A stretch of 64,000 nucleotides of DNA, taken from the NCBI GenBank assembly GCA_025363555.1, contig JANYDQ010000236.1, positions 3,741-67,740 of the forward strand. The letters run 5' to 3'. Below, piece by piece: positions 20,147-29,639 of this stretch. Origin of the DNA: Bacteroidota bacterium. GTDB taxonomy: Bacteria > Bacteroidota > Bacteroidia > 2-12-FULL-35-15. Below the pieces are notes generated by a model, which saw only the letters and a program-made list of their open reading frames with translations, made no database searches and had not been told where the DNA came from. Made by a program: the position numbers and the translations under genes. The first letter of the stretch is position 1. Every line of letters starts with the position of its first letter.

Positions 20147-20463
20147 TCAACGAATGATTTTTATTTCCTGAAGAGTATCATTCAGACATTCATTTATTTT
20201 TGATACCAGATTTTTTAATACCTCATAAGTATTTATAGGGGCAATAATTATTATGACTTTGATTGGATAATTAGCGAAGTTTTGTTGATGTTCGATATTT
20301 TGGTCAAAAGTAAGGAATGCATTAAAATTATTTTCAAGCAAAGTTTTAATAGCTCACCATTTTTTCTGCTGTTCTATCCCATGTCTGAAACTGTAAATGC
20401 CTGATGAGGTATGAAATGCGTTTTTAGTTTTTTCGGCAAATTTTCATCAAGCAGCACTTTCAT
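20147..20463 (-). pseudogene. DUF5615 (PIN-like toxin-type partner of DUF433), disrupted
   Basis: ATG at 20463 overlaps the DUF433 stop. It reads MKVLLDENLPKKLKTHFIPHQAFTVSDMG then TAG where family members have Trp. A further 1-nt shift precedes LENNFNAFLTFDQNIEHQQN. Confidence 0.6.
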
Positions 20464-20686
20464 AAAGTTGAATTAATTCAGGCGAAGTAAATATTTTTTC
20501 TGAAAAAGTTAATAATTGAATAGCTTGTTCTTTTGCAACAGATGGGAAATCTTTCAAAAAATCATCAATACTTACTCCTGATTCGATATGCCAAAATAAA
20601 GATTGAACTGGTACACGTGTATTTTTAAATACAGGCGTTCCGTTTTGTATTTCTTTGTCTATTGTTATTAATTCCGAGATTTTCAT
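20447..20686 (-). CDS. DUF433 family protein (antitoxin-like)
   Basis: 79 aa; GTPVFKNTRVPVQSLFWHIESGVSIDDFLKDFP matches the DUF433 pattern. Confidence 0.75.
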   Translation of the reverse strand: MKISELITIDKEIQNGTPVFKNTRVPVQSLFWHIESGVSIDDFLKDFPSVAKEQAIQLLTFSEKIFTSPELIQLYESAA

Positions 20687-20720
20687 GCGACTTATTTTTT
20701 ACAAAGATAAGTTTTTTACT

Positions 20721-22292
20721 TTATTGCACTACCAGCTTACTGTTCATCACATTTTTATTTTCATCTTCTATTCTTACAAAATAAATTCCTTTTGAATAAC
20801 TGCTCATATCTATTGTTGCAGATTTTTGATTGTGGAGGATGGATTGTTGAATACTATTTCCTAAAACATCAGTTACTGTTAAAGAAGAGTTTTTTTGTTC
20901 TTCATTAAAAGTAACGGTGGTTTGGGAGGTGAAGGGGTTGGGGAAGATGGTGATTGAGGATTGTTGATTTCATTTATACCAGTATGGTGACACATCGGAA
21001 GTTCCTGACTCCCGCTTGTAGTATGAATCAAAGAATCTGCTATGGAATAAACAATCGCTCCGCTTCCAGTAATCGCAACAGGTGTTGTAATAGTTATTGA
21101 AGGGCTTCCAACAACAGTTACCGGATTTTGTTCCAAAAAATATCCGGTAGCACCATTTTCATCTGTTTTGATTAAGTAAATAGCATCCCCCAAAGCATAA
21201 TTCCTAATACTACCTGCAAGAATAAAACCTCCATCTGTTTTTGGTTGTCCAGATTGGACTTGGTCTATATACGTCCAACCATATGTTTTTGACCACACCA
21301 GGTTTCCAATAGAATCTGTTTTGATAGCATAAGGGTCATATATTTCAGCTATTGTTGGGCAAGTATATCCGCATAAAAAATACCCATGGTCGTTTGTTAT
21401 AGAAACAGAAAGTGCATAATTTTCAGAGCCGGTTCCAAAAGTTTTTGCAAAAACTACATTCCCATTTATATCTGTTTTCATTAACAAAACATCTGACCCA
21501 TAAACACCAAAACTATTGGTATAACCTGCAATTATGCCCCCGTCTGTAGTCAGTTTGATGGAAGATGCGGCATCAAATGAAGTGCCGCCATACGTTTTTG
21601 ACCAAAGCAAATTCCCGGTTGAATCTGTTTTGATTAAAATTAAATCACTACTACTTCCGCTGGTGTTATAATTATTGCCAACCACAATATATCCGTGATC
21701 ACTCGTTTGACAAACATCATAACCCCATCTGAAATAAGTGCCCCCAAAATTTCTTGTCCATAAAGTGTCTCCATTGGCATCTGTTTTTACCAGAAAAGCA
21801 TTTTCATTGATAGAGTCAAAACTTGCTTGTCCGGTAACAATAAAACCTCCATCAGAGGTTTGCTTTAGATTCATACCCCAACTTTTATAGGGGGCAGCAT
21901 AAATTTTTTCCCAAAAGAAATTTCCAAATGAATCGGTTTTCATCAAATTCATTTCATAATAATGATGAATATTAAAACTATTTGTTGCTCCAGTAATCGC
22001 ATAACCACCATCTGACGTTTGTTTTATACAATATGTAAAATCGGAATAATTTCCCTGGGCAATAATTTTTGTCCATAATGTATCACCATCAGAATTTGTT
22101 TTGACTAAGCAAATTCCATTTGCATATGTTGGGGAATTAGATTGTCCGGCAACAATAAACCCGCCATCTGTTGTTTGTTCCACAGAATAAGCTTCTTCTA
22201 TTCTTGAGTTTGCTCCTATTGTTTTTTGAAATGTGGTTTGTTGGGCAAAACCAAATTAAAACTAAAGTTATAGTACAACAATATATTTTCAT
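20721..22292 (-). pseudogene. T9SS type-A cargo with beta-propeller-type repeats, two apparent frameshifts
   Basis: The signal peptide (ATG 22292, MKIYCCTITLVLI) is out of frame with the 434-aa body. The C-terminal sorting domain (SSITIFPNPFTSQTTVTF...GIYFVRIEDENKNVMNSKLVVQ, stop at 20721) is in a third frame. Confidence 0.65.
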
Positions 22293-22526
22293 CAGTGTTT
22301 TGTTTTAATTCTTCGTAAAAGTAATCTATTTTTTAAACACAAAAAGTTTCCACCTTTTTAAAAGATGGAATCTTTAGTATTCCCAAAAACAATCCCGCTT
22401 TTTTTCAAAAGCGGGGGTAATTTCACAAAATTTTAAAGTACACTTATAAATAAGCGTTTTTCGTTCTTTGATTGAATAAATTAAATTATTTGCCTTTGTT
22501 TCAATGAAAATCCTGCTTGTAAAAGC

Positions 22527-22737
22527 CTGTTTTCAAAAAGGAAAAACTGTTTTCGGATAACAAAACAGTGTTTTCCGATTGGCAATGGGGTTTTTCTTAT
22601 CGGAAATAACATTTTCGTGATAGCAAAAAAGCCATTCCCGATTGGAAAAGAGATTTTTGCGATAGCAAAAAACGTTTTTGCTATCGCAAAAATCCTATTT
22701 CCGATTGGAAATGGAGCATTTCCGGCAGTGAGAACAA
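22527..22737. repeat. ten degenerate ~21-nt units, each a T-tract/A-tract palindrome
   Basis: Examples: TTTTGC-gata-GCAAAA, TTTTGC-tatc-GCAAAA, TTTCC-gatt-GGAAA. T-tract spacing is 20,21,21,20,21,22,21,21,21. Confidence 0.7.
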
Positions 22738-22876
22738 TTAAGAAGTGAGTATAAAAATTTGATATGTAAGAAGCAGAAGTAAAATGAAAGTCAATCCTAA
22801 AAAACTTAAATCGAAAAAAGATGAAAGCCAAATTAAAACTGGTTTTTCCAAGATGAAGGATAACGACCAAAAAGGA

Positions 22877-23209
22877 TTATCCTTTTTTTGCAATCAGGTT
22901 CATTTTTTCGCCAAAATGCTGGGCAAAACTTCTCATCTCTTTGGCGGCTTCGGTTTCGTTGGTGCCGCGTTCAAAAGTGTCTGCCATGGATAATAAACAT
23001 TGGTGATAAAATTGTTTCATTTCATCTGCCAGGAAATCTTTGGTCCATAAGTCGATGCGCAGGGTATTGTTTTCTTTTGCATCCCAAAGTGCTATCATTA
23101 CTGCTTTGCTGGTGCTTTGCTCGTTGGCATCGTCTGCGCTCCAGTCTATTTTTTCGGGCAAATTGTTTTCGTCAAGCGTTACTGTAAATTTAATTTCGGA
23201 TTGTTTCAT
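22877..23209 (-). CDS. gldC: gliding motility protein GldC
   Basis: 110 aa; LDENNLPEKIDWSA...DLWTKDF...FYHQCLLSMADTF resembles GldC as I recall it; immediately downstream of a GldB-like lipoprotein. Confidence 0.8.
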   Translation of the reverse strand: MKQSEIKFTVTLDENNLPEKIDWSADDANEQSTSKAVMIALWDAKENNTLRIDLWTKDFLADEMKQFYHQCLLSMADTFERGTNETEAAKEMRSFAQHFGEKMNLIAKKG

Positions 23210-23214
23210 CTGAT

Positions 23215-23255
23215 TTATTGTTAAATTGTTTTATTGTTAAATTGTTAAATTGTTT
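23215..23255 (-). repeat. 8-nt periodic AACAATWW leader directly upstream of gldC
   Basis: Coding strand AACAATTT AACAATTT AACAATAA AACAATTT AACAATAA ATCAG-ATG. Confidence 0.6.
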
Positions 23256-23261
23256 TTCTCC

Positions 23262-23288
23262 TTCGAAGAGGGGATTAAGGGTGAGGTT
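23262..23288. repeat. GC-rich hairpin plus GGGTGAGGT REP-like element
   Basis: CTTCGAAG palindrome followed by GGGGATTAAGGGTGAGGT; same family as 45249-45296 and 56770-56885. Confidence 0.45.
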
Positions 23289-24299
23289 TTATTTCACCGG
23301 TTTATATTTTGCCCTTGTTAATATTTTCTGTGCATCTTTTTCATCCATGAGTTGTTGTAAAGAAACTCCGGGATTGGTTTTCAGGTATTGTTTAATAATT
23401 TGTCTGCCTATCCAGAAGCCCACCCTGGGAGGGGCTTCTTTGCTGAAGGCGGAGGTAAAAGGTCCGTCCGTGGTAAATTTCATGATGTCTGCCTGGTTGG
23501 TGGTGTACAATAATTTTTGGGCAATAAAATAACTCCACATATTAAATTCGTTTTGTGTGGAGTATTGGGTTTGCCTGTTAGTGTACTGTGTTTTCAAGGT
23601 ATCTGGTAATGCCGGGGTAAGTGCATCGGTGAGGTACATTATTTTTCCCATGTAAATAATTTGGGAAAGAAAATCGTTTTTATTCATCATGTAGGGAAAC
23701 TCATCGAGCATCCATCCGCGCATGGCATCGGGCAAAATGTTTTCTTTGGTCATAAAATTTATTTTGTAAAGCGGCAATCCCAGCATGGGGTAAAATTTGT
23801 TTTTTGTGCCCAGGTACATTTCGAGGCCTATGCCCAGGGTGCTGTCCAGGGTAACGATGGAATAATTGAACCCCGACATCATGGTTACTACTTCAGGCAA
23901 ATGTTTAGCCGGAAAATAATGTTTGAAATATTTAAACGATTGGGAGAATTCTTCTTTTAAATTATCGGTAGAAGGAAATTCTTTCTGGCAATCGGCAAAA
24001 GCCTGGCGCATATCTTTGTCGGTAATAAAAAGTTTTAGTTTCATTGCTTTTGACGAATCGTGCATTCCCCCATTATTTAAAACACCGCTTATATAAGAAT
24101 TAAAAAAGCTGCCGTATTTCTTTTTTAAAGTTGATACAGCTGCATCGGGATGAAGGGTATCCATATTAAAGACATCCTGCTCCAGCCTGTTAATGGTTAT
24201 TTGGGGCACTTCCACGTTGGACACATCTACCTTTAAATTATCATGACCGCAGGAAATAAGCAGCAGGAGAATAGGGAGGTAAGCAAGAGATTTTTTCAT
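23289..24299 (-). CDS. gldB: gliding motility lipoprotein GldB
   Basis: 336 aa; lipobox LLISC; size and gldB-gldC adjacency with nadE nearby as in Flavobacterium; called mainly on synteny. Confidence 0.7.
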   Translation of the reverse strand: MKKSLAYLPILLLLISCGHDNLKVDVSNVEVPQITINRLEQDVFNMDTLHPDAAVSTLKKKYGSFFNSYISGVLNNGGMHDSSKAMKLKLFITDKDMRQAFADCQKEFPSTDNLKEEFSQSFKYFKHYFPAKHLPEVVTMMSGFNYSIVTLDSTLGIGLEMYLGTKNKFYPMLGLPLYKINFMTKENILPDAMRGWMLDEFPYMMNKNDFLSQIIYMGKIMYLTDALTPALPDTLKTQYTNRQTQYSTQNEFNMWSYFIAQKLLYTTNQADIMKFTTDGPFTSAFSKEAPPRVGFWIGRQIIKQYLKTNPGVSLQQLMDEKDAQKILTRAKYKPVK

Positions 24300-24382
24300 A
24301 GGTTAAAAATTATTCTTAATATTGTACCTGTAATTTTAAAAGCAAACAAATCATTTTTAAAAAATTCAAAATTAGAAAAAAT

Positions 24383-25276
24383 ATGAAGAAGATTTTAATA
24401 ATAACAACAATTGCATTGGCAGGTAACCTGGCTTTTGCGCAAGATAATTCTGAAAAGGAAATAAAAAATGTTCGTTTTGGATTGATAGTTACTCCTGCCA
24501 TAGATTGGTATAAGCCCGATGGAAAAATTATTTCTAAAAATGGAAATGGAGTAGCTAAAATAGGAGGGGGGTTAACTATTGAATTCCGGCTTGCAAAAGT
24601 GGCATCCATTGTAACAGGTATTGAAATCAATACTTCGGGCGGTAAAGTACAATATGCAAATACCGGCATACTTAGCCCGGGAACTAATACGGTAAGCTAC
24701 TGGTACTCCAAAACGGATGATGTAATTGTAGATTATTCTGCAAGTTCGTTTAATGACCTGCACCCGGATCCTGCGTTTGACAAAACGCATAATAAATATC
24801 AATTGAATGAAAGAGAATATAAAGCCACTTATGTTACTGTTCCGTTTGGTATCAAATTAAAAACAAAGGAAATAGGTATGATGACGTATTTTGGCCAGGT
24901 AGGTGTCAACAATTCATTCAGGTGGAAAGCAAAAGCCACGGACAGAGTAACAGAACTTAAAACTTCTGCCACCCAGGGTGGCGGTTCGGACACAAAATCA
25001 AATATAGATATATCTAAGGAAATGAATGTGTATGTAGGTTCGTTGCATCTTGGTGCAGGTGTTGAAATGAATCTTTCGGGCAGCACTTCTCTGTTAGTAG
25101 GGTTACATTATAATTTAGGATTTACTTCTGTTACCAAAAAAGATTCGCCAACATTGGAAAAACAAACCAACGGACCTACTCTTAACAGTAGTCAACAAGT
25201 TGATTATACCATAAGCCCATTGCCGCAAACAATAAAATCAAACGGAATAGTGCTTACAGTGGGTATTTTATTCTAA
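24383..25276 (+). CDS. outer-membrane beta-barrel protein
   Basis: 297 aa; signal peptide ...LAFAQ; alternating amphipathic strands; C-terminal ...LTVGILF. Confidence 0.6.
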   Translation: MKKILIITTIALAGNLAFAQDNSEKEIKNVRFGLIVTPAIDWYKPDGKIISKNGNGVAKIGGGLTIEFRLAKVASIVTGIEINTSGGKVQYANTGILSPGTNTVSYWYSKTDDVIVDYSASSFNDLHPDPAFDKTHNKYQLNEREYKATYVTVPFGIKLKTKEIGMMTYFGQVGVNNSFRWKAKATDRVTELKTSATQGGGSDTKSNIDISKEMNVYVGSLHLGAGVEMNLSGSTSLLVGLHYNLGFTSVTKKDSPTLEKQTNGPTLNSSQQVDYTISPLPQTIKSNGIVLTVGILF

Positions 25277-25298
25277 AAAAAAATAATGATTACTTTTA

Positions 25299-25334
25299 AT
25301 CCCGGTTTCAACAGTTGAAATCGGGATTTTTTTT
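25299..25334 (+). terminator. rho-independent terminator
   Basis: ATCCCGGTTTCAAC-ag-TTGAAATCGGGAT followed by T8. Confidence 0.65.
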
Positions 25335-25337
25335 ACA

Positions 25338-26117
25338 ATGAAAAAACAAGAAACAATACAACACATCGTTCACTGGCTGAAACATTATTCAGACCAGAGC
25401 GGCACCAATGGTTTTGTAATCGGCATTTCCGGGGGCATAGATTCTGCACTCACTTCCACCCTTTGCGCCATGACGGGCAAACAGGTGATGTGTTTGAACA
25501 TGCCCATTCATCAGCATAAAGCAGAATACGACAGAGGGCATGAACATAGTATCTGGCTGAAATTAAAATTTCCTAATGTTACTTCGCAGGAAGTGGAACT
25601 TACCGAACCGTTTCACTCCCTTAATGCTGCGTTGCCCGAAGAAACGCGCGACTGGCTGACAATGGCAAATACCCGGTCGCGTTTGCGAATGACAACTCTA
25701 TTTGCTTTTGCCTGTCATTACAAATTGCTGGTGGCGGGCACGGGCAATAAAATAGAAGATTTTGGAATTGGTTTTTTTACCAAGTATGGAGATGGCGGAG
25801 TAGATATAAGTCCGATTGCCGACTTGATGAAATCGGAAGTGTATGCACTGGCAAAAGAGGTAGGAGTTATTGATTCTATTCTTGTGGCGCCTCCTACCGA
25901 TGGCTTGTTTCACGATGGAAGAAGTGATGAAGACCAGATAGGAGCTACTTATGACGAGTTGGAATGGGCAATGAAATTTATTGCAAACCCTCACGATTTC
26001 TCTGTTTTGTCCGACAGGCAAAAAATAGTGTTGGATATTTTTACCCGGATGAATAAAGCAAATCAGCATAAAATGGTTCCTGTTCCGGTTTGTATCATTC
26101 CCGATGAATTGAAATAA
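25338..26117 (+). CDS. nadE: NH3-dependent NAD+ synthetase
   Basis: 259 aa; GISGGIDSALT PP-loop motif. Confidence 0.9.
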   Translation: MKKQETIQHIVHWLKHYSDQSGTNGFVIGISGGIDSALTSTLCAMTGKQVMCLNMPIHQHKAEYDRGHEHSIWLKLKFPNVTSQEVELTEPFHSLNAALPEETRDWLTMANTRSRLRMTTLFAFACHYKLLVAGTGNKIEDFGIGFFTKYGDGGVDISPIADLMKSEVYALAKEVGVIDSILVAPPTDGLFHDGRSDEDQIGATYDELEWAMKFIANPHDFSVLSDRQKIVLDIFTRMNKANQHKMVPVPVCIIPDELK

Positions 26118-26123
26118 TAAACC

Positions 26124-27449
26124 ATGATTGAAAAATTATACACTCACTTTCTGAAACACCCTCTTGTTTGCACCGACACCAGGAACATACAACCTGATTC
26201 TATTTTCTTTGCATTAAAAGGCGATAATTTTAATGCCAACAGATTTGCTGAACAGGCAATAAAAGCGGGATGTTCGTTAGCTGTAATAGACGAGGAAGAA
26301 TACCTGCCTGCCGCACAGGCAGGTAAATCAGATGAGCGATATTTGCTGGTGGATGATGTATTGATAGCGTTACAGGAATTAGCTAATTACCATCGAAGAC
26401 AATTAACCATTCCCGTTATTAGTATTACCGGGAGCAATGGTAAAACCACCTCAAAGGAATTGGTGAATGCAGTATTGAGCCGGAAATATAAAGTGCAGGC
26501 AACAAAAGGAAACCTCAATAATCATATCGGAGTTCCGCTTACTTTATTAAGTATTACCCGCGAACATGAAATGGCAATTGTAGAAATGGGAGCTAATCAC
26601 CAGGGTGAAATTGCGATGCTATGTAACATTGCTGAACCCGATTTTGGAATGATAACTAATATTGGAAAGGCGCATTTAGAAGGGTTTGGAGGATACGAAG
26701 GGGTGATAAAAGCGAAGAGCGAAATGTATCATTACATAAAAGATAAAAACGGGAAACTGTTTGTGAATACGGATAATGAGTTGCTGAAAAAACTTTCCAC
26801 CGGAATAACTCAAATTACTTATGGAACAAAAGGTGAGAATGATTTTATTGGAAAATGGATAGAAAGCAATCCGTTTGTAAAGTTGAAATATAAAACAAAG
26901 GATGACACAACAGCAATGGATGATAAGCCAACAATTACAACTCAATTAATAGGAAACTATAATTTTGAAAACATTTTAGCAGCAGCTTGTATTGGCAATT
27001 ATTTCCACCTGTCGGAAGCGCAAATACAAGCAGGACTGGAAAATTATGTTCCTTCCAATAATCGTTCGCAAGTAATGCAGACCACACATAACCTGTTATT
27101 GCTTGATGCTTATAATGCAAACCCTTCGAGCATGCAGGCAGCCATAGAAAACTTTGCTCAAATGGATAAACCAGGCAAAATGGTTATTTTAGGAGACATG
27201 TTGGAGTTAGGAGATGATAGTGCCAAAGAACACCATGCAATTGTGAGTTTATTAAAGGAAAAAAATATTGTGAATGTAATATTAGTGGGTTCGTTTTTTA
27301 TGGAAGCAGGAAAAAACACCACAGCAAAAACATTTGCAACCAGCGAAGAAGCAAAAGAGTATTTAAAGAAGGTTGATATTAAAAATTCTGCAATTTTAAT
27401 TAAAGGCTCAAGAGGAATTAAATTGGAGAAGGTTGTCGATGTTTTGTAG
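26124..27449 (+). CDS. murF: UDP-N-acetylmuramoyl-tripeptide--D-alanyl-D-alanine ligase
   Basis: 441 aa; ITGSNGKTTSKE P-loop, Mur ligase central and C-terminal blocks. Confidence 0.9.
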   Translation: MIEKLYTHFLKHPLVCTDTRNIQPDSIFFALKGDNFNANRFAEQAIKAGCSLAVIDEEEYLPAAQAGKSDERYLLVDDVLIALQELANYHRRQLTIPVISITGSNGKTTSKELVNAVLSRKYKVQATKGNLNNHIGVPLTLLSITREHEMAIVEMGANHQGEIAMLCNIAEPDFGMITNIGKAHLEGFGGYEGVIKAKSEMYHYIKDKNGKLFVNTDNELLKKLSTGITQITYGTKGENDFIGKWIESNPFVKLKYKTKDDTTAMDDKPTITTQLIGNYNFENILAAACIGNYFHLSEAQIQAGLENYVPSNNRSQVMQTTHNLLLLDAYNANPSSMQAAIENFAQMDKPGKMVILGDMLELGDDSAKEHHAIVSLLKEKNIVNVILVGSFFMEAGKNTTAKTFATSEEAKEYLKKVDIKNSAILIKGSRGIKLEKVVDVL

Positions 27450-28895
27450 TTATTTTAATTTTATACAAACATTCTTCGGCTCTGTAAAAAAGTTGAAAGC
27501 GTCAAAACCACCTTCGCGCCCAACACCCGAACTTTTTACTCCACCAAAGGGAGTGCGCAAATCGCGAAGCAACCAGCAATTAATCCAAACAATACCTGTA
27601 TGCAAATTATTGGCAATACGATGAGCGCGGGTTAGGTTTTCTGTCCAGAGAATAGAAGCCAAACCATATTGAGTGCTGTTGGCATACATCATTACCTCTT
27701 CTTCTGTTTCAAAAGGCATAATAGTTACCACCGGTCCGAATATCTCTTCCATATTGGTTCTGCAATTATACGTTAGTCCTTCAATAACGGTGGGAGCAAT
27801 GTAATATCCATCAGCAAATTCGCTATCCAGTTTCACCTGGTTGCCACCGCAAAGAATTGTTCCTCCTTCCTGTTTTGCTAATTCAATGTAAGATAACACC
27901 TTTTCCATGTGCGGCTTTGAAACAACAGCACCCAGCCGGCTTTCCGCATCCGAAGGATTGCCTACTTTCATTTTCTTCACCCGTTCCACAAAATCATTTT
28001 TGAATTTTTCATAAATAGATTTCTCAACAAATATACGTGAACCACAAAGGCAAATTTGTCCCTGGTTGGAAAACGAAGAATGTAATGTTGTCTTCATCAT
28101 GTTCTCATAATCACAATCAGCAAAAATGATATTGGGATTTTTTCCTCCCAGTTCTAAAGAAAGTTTTTTAAACATAGGGGCTGCCACTCTGGCTATTTCT
28201 GCACCTGTTTTTGTTCCTCCAGTAAATGAAATAAGCGGTATTTTTGGATGAGCTGAAATAGCTGCCCCTACTTTATGACCAAAGCCATGAACAATATTTA
28301 AAACCCCTTTTGGCAAACTGGCTTCGATGCATAATTCAGAAAGAAGATAAGAAGTCATTGGGGTAATCTCGGATGGTTTGGCTACCACGCAATTTCCAGA
28401 AGCCAGGGCAGGAGCAATTTTCCAGGTGAATAAATACAAAGGCAGGTTCCAGGGAGAAATACAACCTGCCACGCCCACGGGGCTCCGCAAAGTATAGTTA
28501 ATCACTGTATCTTCCATTGAATGACTTTCGGAAGCAAAATGCAAAATGCCGGTTGCGTAAAAATGAAAATTACTTGCTGCACGGGGAATGTCAATTAGTT
28601 TAGCCAATGCAACCGGCTTCCCATTATCCACCGATTCAGCAATAGCAAGCCTGTCTAAATTTTTTGTTATGAGGTCAGCTATCTTTAATAATATAGCTGA
28701 CCGCTCCTCTTTTGGTGTGGTGCTCCATTTTGGAAAAGCTTTTAATGCAGCGTCTGTAGCCAGTTCCACATCGCGCTCATCAGAATCAGGAATCAGGGAA
28801 TATACTTTTCCGATGGCTGGATTGTAATTATCGATATAGGTTTTGCCAATCGGTTCGATAAGTTCACCATTGATATAATTTTTTATTGTTTGCAT
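27450..28895 (-). CDS. NAD(P)-dependent aldehyde dehydrogenase
   Basis: 481 aa; ELGGKNP and catalytic-Cys block FSNQGQICLCGSR. Confidence 0.9.
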   Translation of the reverse strand: MQTIKNYINGELIEPIGKTYIDNYNPAIGKVYSLIPDSDERDVELATDAALKAFPKWSTTPKEERSAILLKIADLITKNLDRLAIAESVDNGKPVALAKLIDIPRAASNFHFYATGILHFASESHSMEDTVINYTLRSPVGVAGCISPWNLPLYLFTWKIAPALASGNCVVAKPSEITPMTSYLLSELCIEASLPKGVLNIVHGFGHKVGAAISAHPKIPLISFTGGTKTGAEIARVAAPMFKKLSLELGGKNPNIIFADCDYENMMKTTLHSSFSNQGQICLCGSRIFVEKSIYEKFKNDFVERVKKMKVGNPSDAESRLGAVVSKPHMEKVLSYIELAKQEGGTILCGGNQVKLDSEFADGYYIAPTVIEGLTYNCRTNMEEIFGPVVTIMPFETEEEVMMYANSTQYGLASILWTENLTRAHRIANNLHTGIVWINCWLLRDLRTPFGGVKSSGVGREGGFDAFNFFTEPKNVCIKLK

Positions 28896-28920
28896 AGTTT
28901 AATAGATTGTAACACGACCG

Positions 28921-28958
28921 AAAAAAATAAAAACCATTCCAAGAAGCAGAAATGGTTT
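28921..28958 (-). terminator. possible terminator after the lipoprotein gene
   Basis: AAACCATT-N12-AATGGTTT followed by a T-rich run on the minus strand. Confidence 0.4.
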
Positions 28959-28979
28959 CTATTCATAACGAAAATAAAA

Positions 28980-29495
28980 TCAGGAATTAGCTTTAGAAAC
29001 AGATGCCGTTAATGTTTTTGCAGCATCAATCATTGTCTGAATTCCTTTTTCATCATACATATCCCCTTTGATATCTTCTATTAAATAAGATGTCGTTCCT
29101 ATTTTATTAATCAAATAAAAATGAAATTCAGGAACTGTAATTTGTGATTCCCAAAACAATAATGCAGGCTCATCTTTAACAAAACGTTTAAATTTATTTA
29201 CGTCATTCCCTGCAATATCGCTTTTTGTAAGAGCAATGTCGCCCTCTGCTTCAGAAATAGAAATTTGAAAACCCTTTCCTACCTTAATCTCCGTTGCTCC
29301 CCAGGATTGTTCCACCACTTCCAATTTCCCTTTAGTATAATCAGGAACCATAACGGAAAGTTGGTTGCCATTAATTTTTAACTGAACCTCTCGCATTCCA
29401 GAAACACCAGGATTCGTTTCGTTTGTTTTAGAACCTCCGCAACTCATCAATAAACAAAAAGCAGGAGTGAATAATAATAAGATTATTTTTTTCAT
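28980..29495 (-). CDS. lipoprotein, function unknown
   Basis: 171 aa; signal peptide with LLMSC lipobox. Confidence 0.5.
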   Translation of the reverse strand: MKKIILLLFTPAFCLLMSCGGSKTNETNPGVSGMREVQLKINGNQLSVMVPDYTKGKLEVVEQSWGATEIKVGKGFQISISEAEGDIALTKSDIAGNDVNKFKRFVKDEPALLFWESQITVPEFHFYLINKIGTTSYLIEDIKGDMYDEKGIQTMIDAAKTLTASVSKANS

Positions 29496-29639
29496 ATTTA
29501 TGAATGTTTAATTTCCACGACAAAGATATAATATATATGTAATAGTTAACAGATTCTTATTTTCTTAAATAATCAACAATTGGAATATTATTTAAAGAAT
29601 CTGTTCAATATTCTGTTACTTTCGTTTTTTTAAAAAACT

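Noticed and set aside
22527-22737. Replication origin / DnaA-box cluster (TTATCCGAA, TTATCGGAA words)
   Set aside because: There is no exact TTATCCACA-type box, no dnaA or other origin-linked gene nearby, and similar arrays with unrelated words occur elsewhere in the window.
22481-22870. 129-aa ORF (FPIGN/FAIAK heptads)
   Set aside because: It is a translation artefact of the degenerate 21-nt array. The palindromic units read similarly on both strands.
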